A stretch of DNA of 64,000 nucleotides from Podospora anserina. Taxonomy: Eukaryota. Every line of letters begins with the position of its first letter. Position 1 is the stretch's first letter. The notes beneath the pieces are model-generated. The model saw nothing but the letters and a program-made list of their open reading frames with translations, did not search any database and had not been told where the DNA came from. The stretch is from assembly GCA_017654855.1 (NCBI GenBank), contig CM030333.1, positions 1,488,001 to 1,552,000 of the forward strand, written 5' to 3'. The position numbers and the translations under genes were made by a program. This document shows, piece after piece, positions 12,569 through 25,800 of this stretch.

Positions 12569-13300
12569 ATGTCGTCCCAAACAGCGAGTTACATGGGAGT
12601 GGTGGTTGGGTCGGTGACCTGTGAGTCTCCTTTATCATATCTTGTATCCATACGACCGACCCCCTCCCCCTTTTGAGCAGCTGATTACTGCTAACCCTCC
12701 TCCATAGCAACCTTCTCAGCCCTCATCTCCCTCACCTCCCCAACCTGGATAGTCTACCAACTCTCCCACCCCAGAGTCTACGACCACATCGGCCTCTTCA
12801 CCCGCTGCTCCCTTTCTGCCTGCGTCCCCTTCCCCTCTACCCGGTTCTGCTCCTCCCTCACCACCCCCGTATCCCATATCCCTCTCCACCCCCGTGGCAA
12901 GCCTCCCACCCCACCATTCTGCACCAAATGGCGCTCTGCCGGCTTCCTGGTCAACATATCCGTAGGCCTCAGCCTCGTCTCCCTCGTCGTCGCAGCTCTC
13001 CTCCTCCTCGGCAACGCCCACGAGCCCCACTCCTACCGCATGCCCAGAAAGCACGGCACGAGAATCATGGCTGTTTTGATGATGATTGCCGGGACGATGG
13101 ACCTTGGAGCGGTGGCGATGGTTTCTGAGCTGAAGGAGTATGAAGAGATGTTCCAGGTTCCTGGGTATGAACACGGCCAGGCGTGGTGGGTTGGGTTGGG
13201 AGGGGGAGTGTTGAGTCTGATCATGGGGTTGGGGGTTGGGCTTGTGAGATTGATGGACTTGCCTGAGCGGACGGGAGAGGGTATTGATGGTGAGGTGTAA
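12569..13300 (+). CDS. Claudin/SUR7-like four-TM fungal membrane protein; intron 12621-12707
   Basis: Spliced ORF MSSQTASYMGVVVGSVT/STFSALISLTSPTW..IGLFTRC...CVPFP..FCTKWRSAGFL plus three further hydrophobic segments; GTGAGT..CTAAC..TAG intron. Confidence 0.75.
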
Positions 13301-13415
13301 ATTGAGATGGTGATGATGGAAAATGATGGTGGGTTTGATTGGGAAAAAGAAACAAGTAAATAGCATCTGTTGATCAAAAAGCATCGGGCATCTTCAACAT
13401 CAAGAAATGTGTCGT

Positions 13416-13451
<36 letters not shown>

Positions 13452-13521
13452 AAGCAGGAGCAGGAGCAGGAGTGGGAGCAGGAGCAGGAGTGGGAGCAGG
13501 AGCAGGAGTGGGAGTGGGAGC
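13416..13521. repeat. (GAGCAG/GAGTGG)n hexamer tandem repeat between convergent genes
   Basis: Visible tandem array; explains the spurious EQEQ/PAPA/CSCS ORFs. Confidence 0.9.
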
Positions 13522-13636
13522 AACCACCTTCTACCGAGAGGGTGGTTTGGCCAGTGAGCTTTTGCTTTTTCTTATTATTAATTGTTTGCAATTCCAGTAG
13601 TCTCATCACAACAATTATCTACCGACCTCCTCTCAC

Positions 13637-16012
13637 CTACAGATCACTCGCCTCCTTTACCCACCCAACATGTGCCTCCCACCCCTCCCAAACCTCCGTC
13701 CTGAAGTTCTCCTCCATCACCTCCCAATCCACAACCCCCTGCTCCCTCTCTTCCATCTTCGGTTCTTTCCAGTCCTCATCAAACACCCACTCCTCCCCTC
13801 CACATCCCACCACGGTATTCCTGTACCACTCGTCTTCTTCAACACCCACCACCTTCACCTCTCCCAAATCAATCCCTTCCCCCTTGTCCCCCTCCCTGAC
13901 CAAAACCACCACCCTCTCCCCACCCTTGATCTTCATCCCCGCCACCACACCTTTCGTGTCCCCCTCGGCCCTAACCTCGCAAACCACTCCCTTCTCATCC
14001 TCACTCACGACCCTCCAAACCTTCACCTCAACCCTCCCCCCGTTTCCCAGCGTCACACCCCCCCTCACCCACCCCAACCACTTCGTCAGCGTCCCCTTAA
14101 CCTCCCACTCCCCACCCCCAGGGGTCTTGACCTCAATCCCCAAAACCCACTCACTCAACACCCACGTCGGCCCGCTCGCCCACCCATGCGCGAGAGAGTT
14201 CCTCGCCCGGGAAGGGTAAGCAGGATACTGAACATCCCCATCAATCCTGAACCCCTCCGCAAGCGTGCTCCCATTATTAAACCCATCCCCATTGACCAGA
14301 TGGCCCCATTCCAACAACATCAGCTCCACCGCCGTGTCCACCTCCCCAGAGTGGACATGCCCCAGCAGTTCAAACCCACTGGCAAAAGGACTGATGGTGT
14401 TTGGAAACTCTGGACACGGCGCCCCATGTTTTAGCCACCTCCTTCTCAACTTCTGCGAGATCTGCCGTCTGGTAGGGGGGCCGTGTGGCAACGGGGAGGG
14501 TGCTCGAGAGGGTGATTTGGGTGACCGGAAGGGCAACCCCGAGGGAGCGAGGTTCGCGCCCGAGATCAACAACCAGGAGTTCCCATCCTGGGGGAGGACG
14601 GGGCTGTACGGCTGTCCCTTTTCGGGGTAGCAGCTCCTCTGGCCGATGTTGTCTGAAAACAGGCCCGTCTCGGGACAGTACAGCCTGCTGAGGCCGGTCT
14701 CAAGCCTTGTCTGGGTGGCTGCCCAGAGAGGGGGGACGTCACGACCTAGCCAACTGGCCAGGGTGGCTGAGCGGGAGAGGACGGTGTGCAGGAGCGCCGA
14801 AGCCTCAAGGTTGTGCCCCGTCATCCCCGGCCTCAACCAGTCCGCCGTGCTCGTGACGTGGACAAGCCCCATGTCATCCACAATCGAGATGGAGTGGTGC
14901 AGCGCAAAGAGGTACCGTCCCCAGATCTCACCCAGCCACCCCAGATCCCCCGACCACAAAACATACCCAAACACCCCAAGCAAACTGTGCAGATGATACG
15001 TGTCGCTGAACTCCCTATTCTCCGTAACCCCCATCGGCGGCCCCGCATACGGCAGTCGCCCGTCGAAATACTGATTTTTGAAAATCACCCGAAGCGCGTT
15101 CTTGACGCTGACCCAATCGGAAGTCGACACCGCAATGGAAGGTATGGCAATAAACATGTCCCCCGGCCAAACCATCCTATCCCTCTTCGCCCCATCAGTG
15201 GTGACCGACTCCCCCTCCGAGATGGTGAAATTGCTGTACCACGACCCGGCAGGCGAGCGGTTGTGGTCAACAACACGGTTGTAGTCGATCAGCGCGCCCC
15301 CTTCTCTCGGGTCGATGCTGCCGAGCTGGAGCGTGTACGCCCCCGCGTACCAGATCTTGTTCAGCAGGTCACTTGAAGAAGAAAAGTACCCCGTGTACGC
15401 CTCCCTTCCGTTGTCGCCCTGAGACGGAAACGAGGAGCAGCTCACCCGGACCTCCGAGATGGCAATGCGTTTCTTCTTCCTCCCCAAGCCCGAGATCCTC
15501 CCCCCCATCCCCACCCCCCAAAACCATCCTTGGCCCCCATCCCCATCCCCGTCCCCATCCTTGGGGACATGCAGAGTAAAATACCCAAACGCCCCCCTCA
15601 CAAACTCCTTCCCAACACAAACCTCCCCCGGTCCCTCCACCCCCAACCGCAGAGGCAGGTCCCTCATCCGCCTGTCAGTCGTCGCGTCCGGCACCGGTCC
15701 GGCAAAGAGATACGACTCCGAGTACGCCAGACTGACCTCCTCCAACCCCCCCTCGACACTCTCAACGACAAGACAGACCCTCCCAGAGATGTTCTCCCCA
15801 AACTCCCAGCTCACCCACCCCCCCTCCCCGATCCTCACCGTCCCCTCCTCAACGACAATATCAACATCCCCTTCGGTCTTCCATATCCCCCTCGGCACAA
15901 TCCTCCTCTTGTCCTCGGGCGCGCGTATATACCTCTCCCAAGGCCCCTTCCACCCCTTTCTCCCTTCAACCTCACACAGACACAACAACCAAACAAGCAC
16001 AAAAACTCTCAT
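13637..16012 (-). CDS. Secreted glycoside hydrolase family 78 (alpha-L-rhamnosidase-like)
   Basis: Signal-like MRVFVLVWLLCLC from ATG 16012; LLNKIWYAGAYT, DGAKRDRMVWPGD, SDTYHLHSL, SLAHGWASGPT. Confidence 0.85.
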   Translation of the reverse strand: MRVFVLVWLLCLCEVEGRKGWKGPWERYIRAPEDKRRIVPRGIWKTEGDVDIVVEEGTVRIGEGGWVSWEFGENISGRVCLVVESVEGGLEEVSLAYSESYLFAGPVPDATTDRRMRDLPLRLGVEGPGEVCVGKEFVRGAFGYFTLHVPKDGDGDGDGGQGWFWGVGMGGRISGLGRKKKRIAISEVRVSCSSFPSQGDNGREAYTGYFSSSSDLLNKIWYAGAYTLQLGSIDPREGGALIDYNRVVDHNRSPAGSWYSNFTISEGESVTTDGAKRDRMVWPGDMFIAIPSIAVSTSDWVSVKNALRVIFKNQYFDGRLPYAGPPMGVTENREFSDTYHLHSLLGVFGYVLWSGDLGWLGEIWGRYLFALHHSISIVDDMGLVHVTSTADWLRPGMTGHNLEASALLHTVLSRSATLASWLGRDVPPLWAATQTRLETGLSRLYCPETGLFSDNIGQRSCYPEKGQPYSPVLPQDGNSWLLISGANLAPSGLPFRSPKSPSRAPSPLPHGPPTRRQISQKLRRRWLKHGAPCPEFPNTISPFASGFELLGHVHSGEVDTAVELMLLEWGHLVNGDGFNNGSTLAEGFRIDGDVQYPAYPSRARNSLAHGWASGPTWVLSEWVLGIEVKTPGGGEWEVKGTLTKWLGWVRGGVTLGNGGRVEVKVWRVVSEDEKGVVCEVRAEGDTKGVVAGMKIKGGERVVVLVREGDKGEGIDLGEVKVVGVEEDEWYRNTVVGCGGEEWVFDEDWKEPKMEEREQGVVDWEVMEENFRTEVWEGWEAHVGWVKEASDL

Positions 16013-16625
16013 GTTGAGTTGCTGAACAAAACCCGCCGACAACAAATCAACCGTCGTCAGACATGATCTGATCTACGTCTCCCCCCCGCACTCAGCCGCA
16101 GCCAGACATTCAAACGCAAACGGAATGATACCCCGCCATCCATCCATCCATCCATCCTTACATCACATTCCTCACATTTCATTGGCAGATGGTCACCACA
16201 TCATACAACAATACAAATCTAGCATTTCATTTGTCCCGAAACCTACACAACACAGAGAAAAACTAGAACTAATAACTAGCCCACTCGAGTCCCGCAAGCC
16301 TCGCTTCGTCAATGAGAAACAACAAAGAAAAAGAAAGAAAAAAAGAGAAAAAGAGATGCATCACTATTCCTCCTCTCAGGCACAAAATAGCTTTCTACCA
16401 GATCAACCACATCACTTGATGTGTGATAATCCTTGCTACCCTAGCCAAAAGAAGCATGATACACCCTCCCCCTTTTTTCTTCCCCTTCCACCCTGCTCAT
16501 TGACACAAAAAGCCAGACATTTCCCCAATCGCTGCGGTCCATGCACTAGCAATGGCCGTCCAAAAGGGCTGGGTATATCCGTTATAAAGCCTCCCAGACC
16601 ATGTGTGCTCCCACCCCAGGCCCGG

Positions 16626-16717
16626 TCCTCCTCCTCCTCCTCCTCCTCCTCCTCCTCCTCCTCCTCCTCCTCCTCCTCCTCCTCCTCCTCCTCCTCCTCC
16701 TCTTCCTCTTCCTCCTC
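16626..16717. repeat. (CCT)n microsatellite, about 30 units
   Basis: Directly visible. Confidence 0.95.
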
Positions 16718-17121
16718 TGCGCGCCTGGGCTCGCGCTCCTTCGTGTGTCCTCGCTAGGGTAGGAGCTATCAAGCTACCTTTCAGACCCTTTTTTTTCTTT
16801 TCTCCTTCTCTCCTCGGCTGGCAACCGCGCCCCTCCAATCATGCATCACTGCTAGTCGTGCTCTCCGTCGTCTCGCCGGTTGCCGCTGAAAACAAAATTA
16901 AGATAACGCCCGGGTGAGGTGTTGTGTGTGTGTTTGGGTGGGGGATATTGGGTAATGTGTTATTGGTGGTGTTGTGACTGCGGAATGGTCGGCGTCGAGT
17001 GGTAAGTCTGGGAGCTATGGGATCGACCAGTCTTCTAGGCCGTGCCAGGACCTTCCTCTGCAAGGACCCCAACCCAAGAAACCGTCTTCGAGCAAGTGCT
17101 GTCTTGCAGCGCCAAGGCTCT

Positions 17122-19047
17122 TTACATATCCATCGACTCGGTGCCATTGGCGCCGAAGTTAAAGCCGCCCTGGCCGCCCTGCTGGGCACCGTTCGCACCG
17201 AAGCCAAACTGCTGAGGCTGGCCCATAGACTCATCCGCGTTCTCTTCCTCGTCCGAGAAGTACTTCTCGATGATGTTGTACGCCTTCATGTAAATCTCCT
17301 CGTTGGCGTTGGTCTGGCAGTCGTGGATCTTTTCCATACCGCCGCACTCCTCGATAAACAGAGCAAATCTGTTGATCGACTCGGGTCCGTCGCCGGCAGC
17401 CTGCTTGTCAAGATCACCGACCTTGAGGATGTTCTCCAAACCATCGAGGGCGACCTGGATGATTTTGTTATCCGGGCAGGCGAGGAGATCGCAGAGGGGC
17501 TTGATGCAGCCTTGTTGAACCAAGTAGCGGATCTGCTCGGGCTTCTGCAGACCACCCGACGTGGCGTTGCTGATTGCCCAGCAGGCCTCCTTACGCGTCT
17601 TGAGATCGCCGTTGGAGAGCAGATGAATCAAAGGAGGAATGATGTTGGCGTCAATAACCGACTGGATCTGAGCCGAGTTGCCGGCCGTGATGTTGGAGAT
17701 GGTCCAGCAGGCCTCCTTGCGAATGCCGTCCTTGTTGGAGCTCAACAGAGACAAAAGGCAGGGCAAAGCGCCGCAGTTGATGATGACCTGGGTCTGAACG
17801 TCGTCGCCGGTGACTATGTTGCCGACGGAGCGAAGTGCTGGGGTCTGAACAGAGGTCGAGGCGTGCATGAGGAGCTCCACAAGACGGCGGGGGATGCCAG
17901 CCTCAATGACGGCTTGGATCTTGTCATTGGCACCGTCGGAGAGATAAGAGATAGCCCAGCACGCGTCGATCAAGACCTCGTCATCCAGAGAATAGACCAG
18001 CTTGGCGAGAACTGGAAGGGCGGGGGCAATCTAGAGCAAAAAGAACATCAGCATCGTGCGACACGAAGAACAAGGGACAACATACGGTAGCCCAGTCGGG
18101 CTGGGGAGCCTTGCCGCGGCAAAAGTTGCTCAAGGTCCAGGTGGCATTTCTGAGCATGGAAAGCTTGCGGCTGTCACCGAGAAGAGCAAGGAGAGGACGG
18201 AGGGCACCCTGGGCCAGGACGAAATCACGGCAGCTGGGACTATCACCGGCAATGTTGCCCAAAGCCCACACGGCCTGCTCGCGGACATCGGGTTCGGGAC
18301 TGCCCAGGAGCTCGACGAAGATGGGAACGGCACCGGCCTCGATAACAACCTGGGTCTGCGCAGCAGAGCCCGAGGCAATATTGGTAAGAGCCCAGGCGGC
18401 CTCGAACTGGACAAGAGTGTGGGGAGAGCGGAGGAACTCGACGAAGCGGCTCACAACGCCAGTCTTGATGACCTCTTCGATTGGGGGGTTGCGCTCCTTG
18501 CTGAGCAGTTTGCGGAACTTGGTGGTGGCCTGGATCTGAGCGTCAATCTGTTCCGAGAAGACGCCAGCCACCATCTGAGGGAGGTCCTCGTTGAGCTGCG
18601 CACATTTTCCGTCAGCATTTTGTCTGCAGCGAGGTTTGCTGCCGAATGCGGCCCCAGTCGGTCCAGCAGCAACCGCAACACGCAGCGGGGTACAAGTGGG
18701 GTGGAAATGAGAGGATGATGCTGGAGCGCAAAATCGACACCTTGGGGTAGGGCAGAGGACGCGATGCAGCGGGAAGCAACAGCGCCTCGCATGGAATACC
18801 GTCGTAAACATACCTGAGACTCGCTGGGAGGGTTCTCATCGTCACTGTCGGGGGCAGCACCGAGAGACGCCCCAGGACGGTCTGCACCAGTGCCAATGCC
18901 ACGGCGCTTGGCCAAGTTCTCCTCGCGCTTCGCCTTGCGGATCTCAACCTGCTGCTCCTCACGGCGGCGACGAAGCTCCTCGGGCTTGAATGTGTTCTTC
19001 GCCTTGAACTGAGTTCTGCGATGCTCGGGGATGTAACGTTCAGACAT
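17122..19047 (-). CDS. SRP1: Importin subunit alpha; introns 18596-18813 and 18031-18085
   Basis: IBB domain [29 protein letters not shown] repeats [36 protein letters not shown]. Confidence 0.97.
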
Positions 19048-19667
19048 GATGTCAGTTTCGCCGATGGGAGATGGGCCGTGGTGGGTATGGCAGGCAGTTT
19101 GAGGTGAGCCAGTCGATAGATAGATAGATAGAACGATGGACCAGACCAGACGGCGGGGGATGTCGGGTAGACAGTGAACTTTGATAGAGTCAGGCTTTCG
19201 CAGGCCCAAGTGATGATGGTGGAATGCACGATGGGGAAAAGTTTTTCGTTGGGTGATGAAAGAAGTTGGAGTGAAGAGACTTTGAAAATAGGTAGGGTCT
19301 TGCTCTGGGCTTTCTCTGGCCTGGCGCCCGCCCCGCCCCGCAGCGCATGGATCAGTTTTGGCCTAGTTGTGCCCCACCCTCCCACCACACCTTTCGAGTC
19401 AGCCAGCGCTGCCTTGTGGCTATGGCTGTGGCTGTGGCTGCCTGAGGCCACAACCAAACTACCCCTCCATGGCCAAAATGGGCCAAGACAAAAGGAGGGC
19501 ACGGGCCACAGCACATGCTCCCGCGATGGGTTGGTGAGCAGGTGGAAGTGCTTTGATTAGATAGTGTAGACCAGACGCGCCCCGCGGCTTTCAAGACGCG
19601 TTGAGTGTATCTCCCCCACCGTTGTCCATATTTGACCTAGGAGTTCCTTTGCTCAGTACAGTCAACC

Positions 19668-21813
19668 ATGACTTCCCAGCAGGAAGAGGGAGATCTTCCC
19701 CAAGGGTTTGTCCGGTTGAGGGATGTACTGGACCAAAAGTTCGTGCCTGGACAAATGGTCAATGTCATAGGCTCCATCATTGACACCCAGGCCCTGTTCA
19801 AAACCAGCAAAGGTATGTTTGCCCTGCTTCCTGTGCTTCTTCTTCCTTTTGCACCCAGGCTTACCAACAACCCAAGATTGGAAAACCACATGGTCCCTCA
19901 TGGATTGGTCCGTGGAAGATGAATGCTATGGCGTCAAGCTCAACATCTTCCGACCTCGTGAAACCGACATTCCCCAAATTGCCTACCAGGATGTTGTCGT
20001 GCTTCATAGGGTCAAGGTCCAGAGATATGGCGGGAACATGTCCTTCATCACCAATCATCAGACCACCATCAGGGTATACGAGTCCTCAAAGATCCCCAGG
20101 CCTCCAGAATCCGCCTCTGTGGCTTTGAGACCGTGCACCAAAAAGGACGAACGCCCGGAACTGACCGAGGAAATCCACCACTATGTCGCAGCCTTTTACC
20201 ACAAACTGGACAAGACCAACGCCCCCTCAGAGGAGGTGTTTCGGCAGGCAGCCCGGCAATCTGCCAACGTCAAGGACAAGTTCAGTCTGCTCCAAGATGT
20301 GCAGGCAGAGAGGTTCTACGACCTGATCGTCCGAGTTGTGCGAGCACCACATTTTGACTTTGACAATAAGGCAACACTCTATGTGTCAGACTACACCGAG
20401 AACCCGGCCTTCCATGACCACATTCTCGAGAACCTCGATGCATCTCAAGACGGCGATGTATATGGTTATACCTCGGAGGAGCCCGCGCCAGTAGCGGAGA
20501 GATGGATCGCCCCGGAGGGGAAAAAGTCTCTTCAGGTCACCTGCTGGGAGCCTCATTCCCGCGCCCTGCAGGAGGATGTCAAGCTTGGCTCCTGGATCGG
20601 ACTCAAGAATGTGCAGATAAGACTTGGTCATGATTACAAGTATTTGGAGGGTTTTGTGCGGGAAGATCGGACATATCCAAACAGAATCAACGTCTACCCT
20701 CTCAACCTGGACGATCGCGAGAACATGGACGATCGCCTCACAGCAGCCTTGCGCCGTCAGCAGGCTGCGGACAAGGAGAAGAAGAAGGTGATCAAGGACA
20801 TCAAGTCTGCTCAGGTTGCAGGTCAGAAGCGGAAAGCTTCAGAGGTGCAGGCCATCGAGGACCAGCCGGCTCTGAACGCGAAGCAGCGTCGGGCGGAGAA
20901 CAGAGCGAAGAAGGAGGAAAAAGCTCGCCAAAACGTAGTCTCTGCCGCGCCTGTTGCCCTGAGCACGAAGAGTGACCCGCCAAAGCAAAATCCGACCCAA
21001 GATGTCACTCTTGCCGGAAATCGGCAGATAATCTGCGAGAAAAGCAATGCCGGCCTGACAACCATCGAGAGCATGCTCGAGCCGAGCTTTATGAAAATCA
21101 AGATCGATGCAGACACTGTCGAGGTTCAAGTCCCATTCGTGAACAAGAAATACCTGACCTTTGTCCGCGTTGTCGACTTCTCGCCTTCCTGCATAGAAGA
21201 CTTTGCCGTCAGCCGCAAGATCACCCAGTACCAAGATCTCTCAGACAGCGAAAACAGTGACGGATCGTCCCTCGACGAGGACGAATCTTCCGGTGGCGAT
21301 AACGACCCCACCGTGAAGCGTGCTTGGGAGTGGCGGTTCTCACTGTTGCTTGAAGATGCACTGCCGGCGGATGGATCATCGCCTGCGCGGGTGTGGGTGG
21401 CGGTCAACAATGGTGCAGGTCAGTGTCTCACCAATTTGGATGCAGACGACCTCCGGAAGAACAGGAAGTGCCGGTACCAGCTCCAAGATATCATGCACAT
21501 ATTGTGGGGTAACTTGGAGGAGGTCAAGGCTGCTAATGGCGAGAAACAGCAGGCTTCCAAACAGGAGGTCAATTCCAGGCCAGGCTCTAGGGGTAGCAAT
21601 GGGAACCGTACGCAGATGCACGATCTGGATAGTGACGAAGAGAAGGAGGAGGTTAGTGGTCGTGGAAAAGAGAGCAGCTCGAGGTCGAATGAGATAAGGC
21701 TGGTCAGCAAGCCCTTCACGTGCCCTATCAAGCAGTACGGCGTCAGGACTGGGAAGAAGGATGAGTGGATGCGTGTGTTTGCCATGGATGGGGTGCGGAT
21801 CAAGGATGTGTGA
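19668..21813 (+). CDS. POT1: Telomere single-strand end-binding protein Pot1 (OB folds); intron 19813-19876
   Basis: VNVIGSIID..., LNIFR, DVVVLHRVKVQRY, FYDLIVRVV, LYVSDYTEN, VRVVDFSP..IEDFA, WEWRFSLLLED, PFTCPIKQYGV. Confidence 0.85.
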
Positions 21814-22886
21814 CTAGTTTTTCGGGGAGGAGGTCTATGTCTATGCGGTTTTCTTTTCTTGTCTCATGATTAACGACATCCTTTTTCGTTTCAGGGGGGG
21901 GGGGATGAATCATCTGCCTTTCTACTTTGGCTGTTCTGGCAAGGCGTTTTGGGACAAGCAGGCAGGAAGGGAAGCCCAACATGTGAGGGAGCATATGCTG
22001 AGGAGAAGGAGGAACATTAATTAGGGCATATGACATTGCATGTTTTAAGCTTATTTAAATAGCTATCACTTTCAGTCTCTGTACATGTGGATATATATAT
22101 ATATAAGTCGTGTTTCATTTTAAGCGACTGGTGTCGATTATCTTCTTGTTTTGTTGGTGTTGGCATAGGTTTATATAGTTGCGATGGTTGTCAGGGACTC
22201 GATCAGGAAGGAGGATAGAAAGAATGGGGATGCAAAGTCGTTGGTTGAATACATAGTCAAAAAGAGCAAAAGCTTAACATTTTATCTTATCCCGAAAGTC
22301 AGTAAATGATGGTACAAAGGGAAATAAGAGAATGAGGAAATGAAAGGAACGGGCTTCTACTGTAGGTAGCAGCCGTCTCGATACCATATCGACACGAACT
22401 ACAGTCCTCACGTTGCAAAGTTGGAATCTCCATTGATACCTATCACCAGCAAAAATAGACCCAAGGAATTTGATTGAAGGAGAACAAGTCAGTCAGCCCA
22501 TACCTACAGCACCAAGCTGAGCGACTGGATATACGAACAGAAAAAACTTCCACTACTCCTACTCCATGCTTTGATAACATCAATGAGCCTGATTATAAGC
22601 ATGCCATAAAACAACCGCCCCCCTTTTGTTCTGCGTACAGCAAGAGAATGCAGATAAAAAAAATGAATCAATAACAACAACAACAACAACAACAACGAAA
22701 AAGCAAAAAAAAATAAAAAATACATAGGTAATCTAACGACTTGAGAAGAAGACAAAGGCGCAATTCCCAACCGCCCCCCCATTCCCAGTTGATTCCCTTG
22801 CCCAGTTCCGTATCATTATGTCCGCCCACAAGCAAACAAGTAACTATCTACCCTTTGCATCTCAAAACCTGTTACCAGAACCCTAT

Positions 22887-25800
22887 TCAATCCCCTATCA
22901 CACTATCCTCCTCCATCCTCTCCCCTTCCCCTTCCTCCCCCCCCTCATCAATAACCTCCTCCTCCGCCAACCCACGCCTCCTCAAATCCTCCTCCCCCCC
23001 TTCCTCCGCCTCCTCCTCAATCGGATCCTCCTCCAGTTCCAACTCCACCTCGGACAACTCGCTGTCATCCTCCCCATCAACCACAATCTCCTCACTCAAC
23101 TTCTTCCCCCCTTGATGCCCCCCACCACTCCCGCTCCCACCCTTATTAGCAGCAGCAGCAGCAGCAGCCGCCCCCCCCTTCCTGACCCCCTTCGCAACCT
23201 TCCTCCCCTTATTCGTATACCTCTCCACCCTCTCCCTCAACCGGCCCTCATCCAAATACGCCACCACCTCCTTCAAATTCCCCCCAAGCTTACTCTGATT
23301 CCTCAACATCCTCTTCCTCAACCGTCCCCCCTGATCAAGCATCTTGGCCAGGATACAAAGCACATACTTCCCCGCCAGCTCGCAAAGCGCCCTCTCCAAC
23401 CTCAACTCCTTCCCCCTCCTCTCCACAGGCGTCATATCCTCCTCCCCCTCCCCCCCCTCGTCATCCGACAGCTCCTCCTCCACCGGCTCCTCATCCTCCG
23501 CCGGCTCGTTCAACCTCCGCCTCAAACACTTCGCATAGGCCCTCTCCGCCGCATCAAAAATCTCAATCAGCTCCGTGATCAAGTCAGCCCTGATCGGCTC
23601 AAGCAAGACATCAAGGTCACTGTACGATTTCGGAGACGCCGCCCCCTGATTGCCCTGCTGCCCAACCGCCGTTCTCAGCGTCGCAAAGCAGATATGCAGG
23701 TCGCACAACCCCCCAGTGGAAAACAACCTCAGCTCATCGTTAGTCCCCCTCGACGACAACGTCCAGATCAGATTCCGTGAATAGTCCTGCCTGAGCGAGT
23801 TAAGCGTCAGAATGTCATCCCTCGGGATATCAGCCCGTGACTGCACACTCCCAATCAGCGCCCTCACTTTCCACAAAAAGTAGAACTGAACAGACGACAC
23901 GGCAGACGACACAGCCTCGTCCTCCAAATCATCCAGCGCCTCGTCAACAACGTCCAGCTTGCCGCGGTGGACGATCTTGATCAGGAGCTCGATGGCGGGC
24001 TGGTCCCCCCCCTCAAGAAACTCGGTCGGGTTCGCTATCGACGCCAGTTTCGACATCTTGAGCAGGATATTGCCCAACCCCGTGATCGTCGCCGGATCCA
24101 TGTTGCCCCGCACGGAAAGCTCATTGTTCTTATCAAAGTGCCGGAGAGCGTTGATGACAATCTCCCACAGGTCAGCAATCTTGCTGTCGGTGATCTCCTG
24201 CAGCTCGTCATGCTTGCGAGCATGCAGCAGCGCAGCCGTCGCCTCGGCCAAGACGCCGCGGTCGACGTGGCGGTCAAACTGGGTGCAAATCTCGTCCAAC
24301 AAACGACTGAACGTGGTGGAGTCTTGACGCAGCTGCTGGAAAATGTCCAGCGGAAGCGAGTGCTCCAGCCGTAGCACCATCACAGCTGTCTTCTCGTCCG
24401 CACCAAACTTGTTCAGCAGGCGGGGAATGTTGGTCGCCAGGTGTATCGCCGATTCCTCCGCCGTATCGGCCGCATCCGTCCGGGCTTTCCTCCTATGTCC
24501 GTCCTCCGTGTTGGGCGACAGACCAAGCTTGACGGCCGAAGCAAGAATCTCGAGAATGATGGCCTCCTCGTTGCCCTCGGGCGCCACGGCTGCCTTGAAG
24601 GCGGCCTCATTAGAGTTGCTCCTGGACGCCTTGGACCTGGACTTTGATTTTGTGCTGGTGGTGTGGTCGTGAAGGAGATAGCCGGACAGGATCTCCCAGT
24701 TCTTCACCTGGTCAATCTTCTCGTACAAGACCTGCGAGGCGAGAGATATCCTCGTCTCCGGCGCGACAGCCTGGACCATCCCGACGGCAATGTCAAGACC
24801 GCGGGGCGGAGCGGTGCTGGCCTCCTCCTCCAGCTGGGCGTCATATGCGGCAAGAAGCTCAGCGAGACACTTGACGCTGATCCAGTCCCGACGAGGAGAG
24901 GAGTAGTCGTCATCGTCTTCCTCGCCCAGAACCTCATCAATAACATCGCTGCCGCCCATCTCTTCCACTTTGCCTTCAATCGAATCGTCAACGCAACCGG
25001 CAAAGAAGTCGATGACCGCTCTCCGGACACGCAGCTCCGAGTCGAAAATCAACCGGCCAATCGAGTCAATCTCGTCTGGCTCCAACATGCCAGTGTCCTT
25101 GAGAATGTGGATGGCGTGAATAGCAGCCACCCGGACGCCTACATCGGCGTCCTTGATGGCCATCTCGACCAGCCGTGGTCTGAACCGGTCAATGAAGTGA
25201 CCGAGCTTCTCAGCATCCCGTTTAAACAGCCGGGTGACCTGCTTGAGAGACTCCAGTCGTGTTTGCGGCATCGCGTCGGTCAACATCCAACCCAGGTACC
25301 GCAAATACTCTGGCGTCTCAAACTGTGTGGGCAGGTTCCAGATCCAGCCACCAAGAGCCTCGACACACTCGCAGCGAATCCTGGCGTCAACATCGCGATA
25401 CCGCTGGAGAAACACAGTGTCGAAGAAATCCAGGATCTGCGCCTGGCAGATGGACTGGTTCTCTTCAGCCTCCTTCAGGTTCTTCTCAATCACAGCAAGA
25501 CGCTCCCTGTTCTTGCCCTTGCGCTTCTTCTCGGCATCAAGCTGCTGCGTCATCTTGCTGACGCGGTCATCCAGCTTCTTGGCAATCTCGACCAAGCCAG
25601 CCTCCATAGCAAGGGCAACGGTGGTGGCCGTGTGTCTGAAGGGCCGAAGCGTGGACGAAGACATGGAAGCCACCCATCTAGCAATATTTTCCATCAAGGC
25701 AGTGTCTTTGTAGAGCATGTCGGTCTCGTGCAGGACCGTCAGCAGTGATTTGAAGAAGCCGACCAAGAGATCGCGGAAAGACCGGGTCGTTTTGGACTTT

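Noticed and set aside
12600-12620. GTTGGGTCGGTGAC resembling fungal 5S rRNA
   Set aside because: Only about 14 nt match, the flanks do not fit 5S, and it lies in a coding exon.
16497-16917. Poly-G, poly-P and poly-S ORFs
   Set aside because: Artefacts of the (CCT)n microsatellite.
16999-18090. Long antisense ORFs over importin (also over SAC3, SCC3, cyclin and AGC1)
   Set aside because: Shadow frames expected from codon bias of the real genes; no domain features.
18596-18813. 218-nt importin-alpha intron as a snoRNA host
   Set aside because: No C/D or clear H/ACA boxes on the transcribed strand; only a short TTGCTGC/GCAGCAA hairpin.
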